Under the pieces are notes generated by a model. The model was not told the origin of the DNA and did not search any database. It was given only the letters and a program-made list of their open reading frames with translations. From NCBI GenBank assembly GCA_963740655.1, contig CAVUFF010000005.1:41282-105281 (forward strand): a stretch of DNA of 64,000 nt, written 5' to 3'. The DNA comes from an uncultured Acidobacteriota bacterium (GTDB lineage: Bacteria; Acidobacteriota; Vicinamibacteria; Fen-336). This document shows positions 12,482 to 21,823 of the stretch, one piece after another; position 1 is the stretch's first letter, and every line of letters starts with the position of its first letter. The translations under genes were made by a program, and so were the position numbers.

Positions 12482-13351
12482 TTGACCACGGAGCGCCGCC
12501 TTTTCCGCATCCCGCTCCGGGGCGCCTCCGTGGTGCTCGGCGAGCGCACGCTCGTGATGGGCATCCTCAACGTCACGCCCGACTCGTTCGCGGGCGGGGC
12601 CCCGGACGACCAGCAGTCCGCGCTCGCGCGGGGCTTGCGGCTGTTCGAGGACGGGGCCGACTGGGTGGACGTCGGCGGCGAGTCCACGCGCCCGGGCGCC
12701 GAGCCGGTCGCCGAGACGGAGGAGCTGCGCCGCGTGGTCCCGGTGGTCGAGGCTCTCAGGCGCCGCGGCGCCGGTCCGATCTCGGTCGACACCACGAAGG
12801 CCGCGGTCGCCGCGGCGGCGCTCGACGCCGGGGCCGACGTCGTCAACGACGTGAGTGGGTTCGGATACGATCCCGCGATGGCGGCGCTCGTGGCCCGGCG
12901 CGGCGTGCCCGCGGTGCTGATGCACCTGCGCGGCGGCGCGGCCGAGCGCCATCGGGCGCCGGCTTACGCCGACGTCATGGGCGAGGTGAAGGCCGAGCTG
13001 CTGGCGGCGCTCGAGCGGGCGCAGGCCGCGGGAGTGCCTCGCGCGCACACGCTCGTCGACCCCGGGATCGGCTTCTCGAAGGACGCCGCGCACAGCCTCG
13101 AGACGCTGCGCCGGCTGCCGGAGCTCGCGGCGCTCGACCGCCCGCTGCTGGTCGGACCCTCGCGCAAGAGCTTCATCGGCCGGGTGCTGGAGCTGCCGGT
13201 CGAGCGCCGGCTGCTCGGTACGGCGGGCGCCGTCGCGGCGTGCGTGATGCTCGGGGCGCACGTGGTGCGCGTGCACGACGTGCGCGAGATGGTCGAGGTG
13301 GTCCGCGTCTGCGACGCGATCCGCGGCGACGCCGCGCGGAGGGCCGCGTGA
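12482..13351 (+). CDS. folP: Dihydropteroate synthase
   Basis: MGILNVTPDSF, DVGGESTRPG, ISVDT, DPGIGFSK, GPSRKSF, RVHDV. Confidence 0.96.
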   Translation: MTTERRLFRIPLRGASVVLGERTLVMGILNVTPDSFAGGAPDDQQSALARGLRLFEDGADWVDVGGESTRPGAEPVAETEELRRVVPVVEALRRRGAGPISVDTTKAAVAAAALDAGADVVNDVSGFGYDPAMAALVARRGVPAVLMHLRGGAAERHRAPAYADVMGEVKAELLAALERAQAAGVPRAHTLVDPGIGFSKDAAHSLETLRRLPELAALDRPLLVGPSRKSFIGRVLELPVERRLLGTAGAVAACVMLGAHVVRVHDVREMVEVVRVCDAIRGDAARRAA

Positions 13352-14175
13352 TCGCCGAGCGGCTCTCCGCCTTCTTCAGCGGCACCGAGTTCGGCTGGTG
13401 GGACCTGCTCGACATGCTGATCGTGGCGTTCCTGGTCTACGAGCTGCTGCGCTTCCTGCGCGGCACGCACGCGGTGCAGATCGCGCTCGGCGGCGCGGTG
13501 CTGGTGCTGCTCTACTGGTGCTCGGTCCTGCTCAACCTGCAGACGGTGAACTGGCTGCTGCGCACGTTCCTGCCGTTCCTCGTGTTCGGCATCATCGTCG
13601 TGTTCCAGGCCGAGATCCGCAAGGGGCTCGCGCACCTGGGCCGCGCGCCCTTCCTCGGCGGTGCCGCGCGCCGGCGGCAGGAGGAGGTGGTGGACGAGAT
13701 CGTGCTCGCCGCGACGCGCCTCGCCTCGGAGCACACCGGCGCGATCGTGGCCCTCGAGCGCGAGATGGGCCTGCGCAGCTACATCGAGACCGGCATCGCG
13801 CTCGACGCGGTGGTGACCTACGACCTGCTGGTGAGCATCTTCCACCCGGCGACGCCGCTGCACGACGGGGCCGTGGTGATCCAGGGCAACCGCGTCGCGG
13901 CCGCCGCCTGCTTCCTGCCGCTCACGGTGCACCCGGAGCTCAGCCGCACGCTGGGCAGCCGCCACCGCGCGGCGATCGGGCTCTCGGAGGACACCGACGC
14001 CGTGGCGATCGTGGTCTCGGAAGAGACCGGCACCATCTCGCTCGTCGAGGGCGGCCGCATTCGCCGCGGGCTCGACGGTCCGGCCCTGCGCCAGGCGGTG
14101 CTCTCGTCGCTGGGGCTCAGCGAGGCGACCGCCGCCGAGGCGCCGCAGGCGGCCGCGACCGAGGCCAAGCAGTGA
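13348..14175 (+). CDS. cdaA: Diadenylate cyclase CdaA/DacA
   Basis: GTG overlaps the folP stop; N-terminal TM helices; PLHDGA and GSRHRAAIG DAC motifs; SEETG. Confidence 0.95.
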   Translation: MIAERLSAFFSGTEFGWWDLLDMLIVAFLVYELLRFLRGTHAVQIALGGAVLVLLYWCSVLLNLQTVNWLLRTFLPFLVFGIIVVFQAEIRKGLAHLGRAPFLGGAARRRQEEVVDEIVLAATRLASEHTGAIVALEREMGLRSYIETGIALDAVVTYDLLVSIFHPATPLHDGAVVIQGNRVAAAACFLPLTVHPELSRTLGSRHRAAIGLSEDTDAVAIVVSEETGTISLVEGGRIRRGLDGPALRQAVLSSLGLSEATAAEAPQAAATEAKQ

Positions 14176-14867
14176 AGCTCGGGAGCGACAACGCGCTGCG
14201 GCTCGCGAGCCTCGGGCTCGCGGCGGGGCTGTGGTTCGTGATCGTGGGCCGCCAGACCGCGGAGCGCGGCGTGACGGTACCCGTCGAGCTGCGCAACGTG
14301 CCGCGCGACCTGGAGCTCACTGGCGACCCCGTCAACGCCGTCGACGTGCGCGTGCGGGCCTCGCCCGGCCTGATCAACAGCCTCGAGACCGGGAAGCTGC
14401 TCGCCACGATCGACCTCGCCGGCGCCGCCGAGGGCGAGCGCATCGTGCAGCTCACGCCCGCGGCGGTCCAGGTGCCGTTCGGCTTCCGGGTGGTGAAGAT
14501 CACTCCCTCGCTGCTGACGCTGAACCTGGAGCGCACCGAGCGCAAGTCCGTGCCGGTGCACCCGCGTGTGACGGGCCGGCCCGCGGCGGGCTTCGAGATC
14601 GCGAGCGTCGCCAGCGAGCCGCCCGAGGTGCGCGTGGCCGGCCCGCGCAGCCGCGTGCGCGAGATCGAGAGCGCCTTCACCGAGCCGGTCTCGATCGAGG
14701 GCGCGCGGGCGGACACCAGCGAGTCGGTGGCGGTCGGGCTCGAGGACCCGCTGCTGCGGCTCGAGGGCGGCAGCCGCGTGAGGGTCGACGTGGGCGTGGG
14801 CGAGGTCAAGGGCCCCGAGGGCCCGCAAGCGCAGCCGGAGAAGAAGAGGAAGGAAAGCGCGCCATGA
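14172..14867 (+). CDS. cdaR: YbbR-domain diadenylate cyclase regulator CdaR
   Basis: GTG overlaps the cdaA stop; TM anchor (LASLGLAAGLWF) then YbbR-like repeats; conserved position. Confidence 0.85.
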   Translation: MKLGSDNALRLASLGLAAGLWFVIVGRQTAERGVTVPVELRNVPRDLELTGDPVNAVDVRVRASPGLINSLETGKLLATIDLAGAAEGERIVQLTPAAVQVPFGFRVVKITPSLLTLNLERTERKSVPVHPRVTGRPAAGFEIASVASEPPEVRVAGPRSRVREIESAFTEPVSIEGARADTSESVAVGLEDPLLRLEGGSRVRVDVGVGEVKGPEGPQAQPEKKRKESAP

Positions 14868-16225
14868 GCAGCCGTTCCCTGTTCGGCACCGACGGCATCC
14901 GCGGTGTCGCCAACGTCTACCCGATGACGCCCGAGGTCGCCCTCGCACTCGGGCGCGCGGTGACGTTCGTCGCGGGGCGCGGCCAGCGCCACGCCCCGCG
15001 CGTGCTGATCGGCAAGGACACGCGCCTGTCGGGCTACATGCTCGAGACGGCGCTCGCGGCCGGCGTCACCTCGATGGGCGGGCGCGTGCTCCTGTGCGGG
15101 CCGGTGCCGACGCCGGCCGTCGCCCACCTCACGGTGAGCATGCGCGCCGACGCCGGGATGGTGATCAGCGCCAGCCACAACCCCTACGACGACAACGGCA
15201 TCAAGGTCTTCGGCCGCGACGGCTTCAAGCTGCCGGACGCGGCGGAGGTCGAGATGGAGACGCTGATCCGCGAGCCGGAGCGGCTGGGCGAGCGGCGGAC
15301 GGGGCCCGCGATCGGCCGCGCGCTCAAGCTCGAGGACTCGCGCGGGCGCTACGTGACGTTCGTCAAGAACACGTTCCCGCGCGACCTCACGCTCGACGGC
15401 GTGCGCGTGGTGGTGGACGCCGCGCACGGCGCCGCCTACGTGGTGGCGCCGCTCGTGTTCAGCGAGCTCGGGGCGCGCGTCTTCCCGATCGGCGTGCGGC
15501 CGAACGGCACCAACATCAACCGCGAGAGCGGGGCGCTGCATCCGGAGCACGCCTGCGCCGAGGTGGTGCGGCGCGGGGCGGGCATCGGGATCGCGCTCGA
15601 CGGCGACGCCGACCGCGTGATCGTGATCGACGAGAAGGGCGCGATCGTCGACGGCGACGCCGTGATGGCGATGTGCGCCTCGCGCATGAAGCACGACGGC
15701 GAGCTGCGCCGCGACACCGTGGTCGCGACGGTGATGAGCAACCTCGGGCTCGAGCGCGCGCTCGAGGCGCAGGGGATCGCACTCGTGCGCACGCCGGTCG
15801 GCGACCGCTACGTGGTCGACGCGATGCGGCAGGGCGGCTACAACCTGGGCGGCGAGCAGTCGGGGCACCTGGTCTTCCTCGACCACAGCTCGACCGGGGA
15901 CGGGCTGATCGGGGCGCTGCAGGTGCTCTCGCTCATGATTCGCACCGGCAAGCCGCTCTCGGAGCTCGCGCGCCAGGCGATGGAGCGCGTGCCGCAGGTG
16001 CTCGAGAGCGTCACGCTCGCGGCCAGGAAGCCGCTCGAGGACATGGCGTCGCTGCAGAAGCTCGTCGACACGGTGCGCTCCAGCCTGGGCAAGGAGGGGC
16101 GCGTGCTCGTGCGCTGGAGCGGCACCGAGCCCAAGCTGCGCGTGATGGTGGAGGGTCCCGACGCCTCCCGCATCGGCTCGCTGGCGCGCGAGCTCGTCGA
16201 CGCCGCGCGCAAGGACGTCGGCTAG
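14864..16225 (+). CDS. glmM: Phosphoglucosamine mutase
   Basis: LFGTDGIRG, GKDTRLSG, ISASHNP, DGDADR, GGEQSGH, RWSGTEP. Confidence 0.96.
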   Translation: MSSRSLFGTDGIRGVANVYPMTPEVALALGRAVTFVAGRGQRHAPRVLIGKDTRLSGYMLETALAAGVTSMGGRVLLCGPVPTPAVAHLTVSMRADAGMVISASHNPYDDNGIKVFGRDGFKLPDAAEVEMETLIREPERLGERRTGPAIGRALKLEDSRGRYVTFVKNTFPRDLTLDGVRVVVDAAHGAAYVVAPLVFSELGARVFPIGVRPNGTNINRESGALHPEHACAEVVRRGAGIGIALDGDADRVIVIDEKGAIVDGDAVMAMCASRMKHDGELRRDTVVATVMSNLGLERALEAQGIALVRTPVGDRYVVDAMRQGGYNLGGEQSGHLVFLDHSSTGDGLIGALQVLSLMIRTGKPLSELARQAMERVPQVLESVTLAARKPLEDMASLQKLVDTVRSSLGKEGRVLVRWSGTEPKLRVMVEGPDASRIGSLARELVDAARKDVG

Positions 16226-16341
16226 CGGAAAACCCTCGCGCGCGGCCGTCCATCGCTTGGCAGCGCGTGCCGGAGGCGTCCGACCTGTTTGTGTCGGGGT
16301 CGGCTTTCGGCGTATAGGGTACGCGTCAACGGAGGCTGGGA

Positions 16342-17943
16342 ATGAAGCTGCGCCGTGCGTCGCTCCTCGCGACCGTCGTACTGACGCTCCCCGCGCTGGC
16401 CCGGGCGGGGGATCGGCCGCTGCGGGTGTCCGCGGCCTCCGGCGGCGCGCTCGCGCAGTGGGCGGCGCGTGTCGACGGGCTCGTCGCGTCCCGCCAGCTG
16501 GTCCCGCGCTCGGTCCGCGACGACACGATGATCCCGGGCCGGCGGCACGAGCGGCTGGTTCAGCACCACCTGGGGGTGCCGGTCTTCGGCGGCGAGCTCG
16601 CGCGCCAGAGCGACGCGGCGGGCACGCTCACCGTGTTCGGCACGTTCTACGAGGGAATCGACGTCTCGGTCGAGCCGCGCCTGGGTGCCGGCGACGCGGC
16701 GGCGCGGATCGCGGCGCGGGGCGGACAGCCCTTCGGCCGCGCGGGCGGGCCCGAGCTCGTGGTGCTGCCGCTCGGCGCTGGCTACCGCCTGGCCTGGCGC
16801 GTGCGCGCGTTCTTCGAGCGTACGTTCGAGCTGCGCCAGGTGTTCCTGGACGCGGCCACCGGCCTGACCCTGCTCGAATACGACGACCTGCAGAAGCAGG
16901 AGGCCGCGATCGGCACCGGTGTGTTCGGAGACCAGAAGAAGCTCAGCGTCTCGAGCTCGGGCGGCTCCTACACGACGGCCGACCGCCTGCGGCCGCCGCT
17001 CATCTCGACCTACAACTTCGCCTTCAACGTGAACCGCCTGATCCTGTTCCTGAACGCCAACGACCCGGTCGCGAACCTGACGGCCGCCGACCTCGGCCGC
17101 GACGGCGACAACGTGTGGACCGACGGGGCGCTCGTCGACGCACACGCGTACGCGGGGCTCACCTACGACTACTACTACACCCGCCACGGCCGCCTCGGGC
17201 TCGACAACGCGAACATTCCCGTCCACGTCATCACGCACGCGCTGCTGCGTGACGACTGGGTGTTCTACACCACCGACACGGTCGACACCTTCTTCGCGAA
17301 CGCCTTCTACCTCGGCGATGGCATCGTGTACTACGGCGACGGCCTCCCACCGGGCGTCGTGTTCTTCGGCCAGCACGTGAACTACCTCGCCGGGGCGCTC
17401 GACATCGTCGCCCACGAGCTGAGCCACGGGGTGACCCAGTACTCCTCGAACCTGATCTACTTCGGCGAGTCGGGCGCGCTCAACGAGGCGTTCTCCGACA
17501 TCATGGGGACGGCGGTGGAGTTCTACTTCCAGCCCGCCAAGGCCAGCTACCAGCTCGGCGAGGACTCCTTCACGCCCGGCGGCATCCGCTCGCTGCAGAA
17601 CCCGCAGGCCTACGGCGACCCCGACCACTACTCGATCCGTTTCACCGGCACCGCAGACAACGGTGGTGTCCATACCAACTGTGGGATCCCCGACAACGCC
17701 TTCTACCTCGCGATCGAGGGCGGCACGCACCGGCTGGGCACCAGAGTGCAGGGCGTGGGCGGAGCCAACCGCGCGCAGATCGAGCGTGTGTTTTACCGGG
17801 GCTTCACCGCGTTCCTGACCCCGAGCGCCACCTTCTCGCAGGCGCGCGCGGCGACGATCCAGGCGGCGCGCGAGCTCTACCCCGGCAACGGCGCGGTCGA
17901 GGCCGCCGTCACCCAGGCCTGGACCGCCGTGGGCGTCAACTGA
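16342..17943 (+). CDS. Secreted thermolysin-like (M4) zinc metalloprotease with propeptide
   Basis: Signal peptide; NAFY; AHELSHGVT; GALNEAFSDI; PDHYS; DNGGVHTNCGI. Confidence 0.92.
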   Translation: MKLRRASLLATVVLTLPALARAGDRPLRVSAASGGALAQWAARVDGLVASRQLVPRSVRDDTMIPGRRHERLVQHHLGVPVFGGELARQSDAAGTLTVFGTFYEGIDVSVEPRLGAGDAAARIAARGGQPFGRAGGPELVVLPLGAGYRLAWRVRAFFERTFELRQVFLDAATGLTLLEYDDLQKQEAAIGTGVFGDQKKLSVSSSGGSYTTADRLRPPLISTYNFAFNVNRLILFLNANDPVANLTAADLGRDGDNVWTDGALVDAHAYAGLTYDYYYTRHGRLGLDNANIPVHVITHALLRDDWVFYTTDTVDTFFANAFYLGDGIVYYGDGLPPGVVFFGQHVNYLAGALDIVAHELSHGVTQYSSNLIYFGESGALNEAFSDIMGTAVEFYFQPAKASYQLGEDSFTPGGIRSLQNPQAYGDPDHYSIRFTGTADNGGVHTNCGIPDNAFYLAIEGGTHRLGTRVQGVGGANRAQIERVFYRGFTAFLTPSATFSQARAATIQAARELYPGNGAVEAAVTQAWTAVGVN

Positions 17944-17954
17944 GGTTCCGCGCC

Positions 17955-18764
17955 ATGAACCGACACCTCGCCTGCTTCGCTGCCACCCTGACGACCGCCC
18001 TCGCACTGCACGCGCCCCCGGCGCGCGCCCAGGCGACGACGGTCCCGCCGCGGCCCCCGAGCCGTCTCGCTAAGTCGAAGGCGCCCGCCGAGCCGCGCTT
18101 CCGGCTGGTGCTCGACTTTGCGGCGCTTCCGGGCGCCTCGAGCTACGGCGACGTGCGCACGCCGATCGCGTACGCCGAGCCCTCGCGGATCGCGACGAGC
18201 TACGACGCCGCCACCGGCCTCGGCGGAGCGGCCGCGCTCCAGGCGAGCCTCTACCGCGGTCTCGGGTTGCTCGTCGGCTACTCGCACCTGAGCCGCGACG
18301 CCTCCGGGACCGTGGACGTCTCGCGTCCCCACCCGCTCTATCTCGACCGTCCCCGCAGCGCCACGGCCGAGCTCCCGGGCAGCACCTACTCGGAAGGCGC
18401 CTTCGACGTGGACGCGGCCTACGCGCGGTCCAACGGGCACCTCGACTGGGCGCTCTTCGGCGGCGTCACGTTCTTCAGCGTCGAGGCCGAGCTGCTCGAC
18501 GTGCCGACGTTCAACGAGGTCTACCCGTACGACACACTGACCATCCTCTCGACGCCGAGTGTCGCCGTGAAGCAGAGCCCCACCGGCTGGAACCTGGGGG
18601 GACGGCTCGACTACCGCTTCGGGCAGCAGAAGCGCTTCGGGGCCGGCGTCACGCTGCGCTTCAGCAGCGCGAGCGTCGAGCTCGCGGGCACGCAGGCGGC
18701 AACCCCGGCGACGCTCGACGCCGGCGGCTTCTCGGTCGGCGGGGGGTTCCGCGTCTACTTCTGA
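17955..18764 (+). CDS. Putative outer-membrane beta-barrel protein
   Basis: Signal peptide, alternating amphipathic strands, terminal aromatic GFRVYF (BAM-type signal). Confidence 0.7.
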   Translation: MNRHLACFAATLTTALALHAPPARAQATTVPPRPPSRLAKSKAPAEPRFRLVLDFAALPGASSYGDVRTPIAYAEPSRIATSYDAATGLGGAAALQASLYRGLGLLVGYSHLSRDASGTVDVSRPHPLYLDRPRSATAELPGSTYSEGAFDVDAAYARSNGHLDWALFGGVTFFSVEAELLDVPTFNEVYPYDTLTILSTPSVAVKQSPTGWNLGGRLDYRFGQQKRFGAGVTLRFSSASVELAGTQAATPATLDAGGFSVGGGFRVYF

Positions 18765-19438
18765 GCGCCCGCTCCGCGCGCTCGTCCTCGGACCCGCCGC
18801 CGCCGGCTTCGCGGCCCCGGGTTGACGACCGCGCGCAGCCGCCGGAACAGGTCGTCGATCATCGCGCCGACGCTCGGCGGCCGCTGGTCGTACCAGACGT
18901 TGAAGGCGGTGTCCAGGAGTGCGCGCGCGAGGAACGCGAGCAGCGCGGGCGTCGGGTCGCGGCGCCGGTCGACTCCCGTCCGCACCGCGATCAGCACGGC
19001 CAGGCGCTCCTCGAGCCGCGCGTGGCGCTCGAGCAGCGCCCGCCGCAGCGTGCGGCTCTCGCGCAGCAGGCGGATGATCGCGCGCGACTCCGCAGCGTCA
19101 GCGAGCCGCGTCTCGATCGCGGGCCGCAGCGCGCGCTCGATCGCGACGAGCGGCGGCTCGTGCTTCGGCCGGCTGGCGAAGGCGGCGAGCACGTCCTCGG
19201 CGAGCGCGTCCGAGGTGCCGACCACGACGTCCTCCTTCGAGGAGAAGTAGCGGAAGAAGCTGCGGCGCGAGACGCCGGCCGCGCGCGCGATGGCCACCAC
19301 GGTCGTGTCCTCGTAGCCCCGCTCGGCGAACAGCAGCCACGCGGCGCGCGCGATCTCCTGGCGCACCAGCTGCCGCTTGCGCTCCGGAAGCGGCAGCGTG
19401 CGGCCGGGGGCGGGCGGCGCGCGTCTCGCGATCGGCAT
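18755..19438 (-). CDS. TetR/AcrR-family transcriptional regulator
   Basis: AAWLLFAERGYEDTTVVAIARAAGVSRRSFFRYFSSKEDVV HTH. Confidence 0.93.
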   Translation of the reverse strand: MPIARRAPPAPGRTLPLPERKRQLVRQEIARAAWLLFAERGYEDTTVVAIARAAGVSRRSFFRYFSSKEDVVVGTSDALAEDVLAAFASRPKHEPPLVAIERALRPAIETRLADAAESRAIIRLLRESRTLRRALLERHARLEERLAVLIAVRTGVDRRRDPTPALLAFLARALLDTAFNVWYDQRPPSVGAMIDDLFRRLRAVVNPGPRSRRRRVRGRARGAGAQK

Positions 19439-19448
19439 CAGCGCGCGC

Positions 19449-19493
19449 ATTCTAACACCAGGTGTTGACACTGGCACTCGGTGTCAATAGGAT
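19449..19493. promoter_or_regulatory. Overlapping divergent sigma70-type promoters with palindromic operator candidates
   Basis: + strand TTGACA(19465-70)-17 nt-TAGGAT(19488-93). - strand TAGAAT (19449-54). Palindromes TTGACAC-N9-GTGTCAA (19465-87) and AACACC-A-GGTGTT (19454-66). Confidence 0.8.
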
Positions 19494-19514
19494 GCGCGCG
19501 AGCGGAGGGACGCG

Positions 19515-21799
19515 ATGCGCCGTGGTGCCACGGTCGTGGCGGGAGCCGTGCTGGGAGCGGTGCTGGCGTCGGGGGCGGGCGCTTACGCCCAGGCTCAGGC
19601 ACCGGCGGGCGACGCCCAGGTGAAGGCGCGCGTCGACCTTCTCCTCGCGCAGATGACGCTCGAGGAGAAGGTGGGGCAGCTGAGCCAGGCCGGCGGCATA
19701 GCGTTCGGCGGCGCCCCCGAGCCGGAGGAGGCCCTGCGCAAGGGCGCCGGCTCGGTGCTGTGGATCAACGACACCCGGCGTTTCAACGAGCTGCAGAAGA
19801 TCGCCATGCAGTCGCGTCTCAAGATCCCGGTGCTCTACGGGCTCGACGTGATCCACGGCTACCGCACGATCTTCCCGATCCCGATCGGGATGGCGTCGTC
19901 CTGGGACCCCCAGGTCCACGAGCGGGCCGCCGAGATCGCCGCGCGCGAGGCGCGCGCGGCCGGAATCCACTGGACCTTCGCGCCGATGGTGGACGTGGCG
20001 CGCGACGCGCGCTGGGGACGCATCGCCGAGGGCGCGGGCGAGGACCCCTACCTCGGCGCGGCGATGGCGGCCGCCCAGGTGCGCGGCTTCCAGGGGCCCT
20101 ACCTGGGCGCGCCCGACCGCCTGCTCGCCTGCGCGAAGCACTTCGCCGCCTACGGCAAGGCCGACGGCGGGCGCGACTACGACCCCGTCTACGTCTCCGA
20201 GACCGAGCTGCGGAACGTCTACCTGCCTCCGTTCGCCGCCGCCGCGAAGGCGGGCGTCGGCTCGTTCATGAGCGCGTACATGGACCTGAACGACGTGCCG
20301 GCGGCCGCCAACCCCTGGCTGCTGCGCGACGTGCTGCGCGGGGAGTGGGGCTTCACGGGGTTCGTGGTGAGCGACGCGCTCGCGGTCGAAGAACCTGCTG
20401 CTGCAGGGCTTCGCCCGCGACGCGAAGGACGCGGCGGCGCGCTCGCTGCTGGCCGGGCTCGACATGGACATGGCGAGCGGGACCTTCGTCCAGAGCCTGG
20501 CCGCGCTCGTGAAGGACGGCGTCGTGAAGGAGGCGCAGGTCGACGACGCCGTGCGCCGGGTCCTCGCCGCCAAGGTGCGGCTCGGGCTCTTCGAGCAGCC
20601 CTACGCCGACGAGGCGCGCGCCGCGTCCGTGCTCGCCGACCCGAAGAGCCGCACCGAGGCGCGCCGCCTCGCGGAGCGCTCGATGGTGCTGCTCAAGAAC
20701 GACAAGCAGCTGCTGCCGCTCAAGGCCTCGCTCGCGAGCGTCGCCGTGATCGGCCCGCTCGCCGACTCGAAGGCCGACACCGAGGGGTCGTGGATGGTGT
20801 TCGGGCACGTGCCGGCCGCGGTCACGGTGCTCGAGGGCCTGCGCGCCCGGCTCGGCGGCGCGAAGGTCGCCTACGCACCCGGCCCGGAGATCCGCCGCGA
20901 GGTGCCGTCGTTCTTCGAGGACCTCGTGCCGGGTCCCAAGCCCGCGCGGCAGACGCCCGAGCAGGCCGAGGCGGCCTTCGAGCAGGCGGTCGAGACGGCG
21001 CGCGGGGCCGAGCTCGTGGTCGCGGTGATGGGCGAGCGCGCCGACATGAGCGGTGAGGCGGCCTCGCGTTCCTCGCTCGAGCTGCCGGGCCGGCAGCGCG
21101 AGCTGCTGCAGGCGCTCGTCGCGCTCGGCAAGCCCGTCGTGCTGGTGCTGATCGGCGGACGGCCGCTCGCGCTCGAGTGGGAGGCGGAGAACGTCCCGGC
21201 GATCCTCGAGGCCTGGCAGCCCGGCAGCGAGGGCGGCAACGCCGTCGCGGACGTGCTGTTCGGCGACGCCAACCCCGGTGGCAAGCTGCCGGCGACGTTC
21301 CCGCGCCGGACGGGCTCAGACCCCGCTCTACTACGCGCGCGTTCTCACGCACCAGCCGGAAGGCTCGACGATGTACCGCTCGCGCTACTGGGAGGGCCCG
21401 ATGTCGCCGCTCTACCCGTTCGGCTACGGCCTGAGCTACACCACGTTCTCCTTCGCGAACCTGAAGCTCGGCGCGCCGCAGGTGAGGCTCGGCGCCTCCG
21501 TCTCCGTCTCGGTCGACGTGACGAACAGCGGCGCAGTGGCGGGGGACGAGGTGGTCCAGCTCTACATCCACCAGCGCGCCGGCAGCGCCTCGCGCCCGGT
21601 GCGCGAGCTCAAGGGCTTCCGCCGCGTGACGCTGAAGCCGGGCGAGACCCGCGCCGTGAGCTTCCCGCTCGGCCCGGACGAGCTGCGCTACTGGAGCTCG
21701 TTCGAGCGCAAGTGGGTGCAGGAGGCCGAGGCCTTCGACGTCTGGGTGGGGGCCGACTCGCAGGCGACGCTGCACGCGGACCTGGCGGTGGTCCGCTAG
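19515..21799 (+). CDS. Exported GH3 beta-glucosidase (BglX-like); frameshifts near 20388 and 21316
   Basis: Signal peptide; DVIHG, WGRIAEGAGEDP, CAKHF, FVVSDA; then MVLLKN, PGGKLP, LYPFGYGLSYTTF and an Fn3-like tail, split over three frames by two extra bases. Confidence 0.9.
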
Positions 21800-21823
21800 G
21801 CGCGGGCCGCAGGAGGAGGCAGG

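Noticed and set aside
16257-16275. TTGGCAGCGCGTGC as a sigma54 promoter for the protease
   Set aside because: GG-to-GC spacing is 8 nt rather than the required 10.
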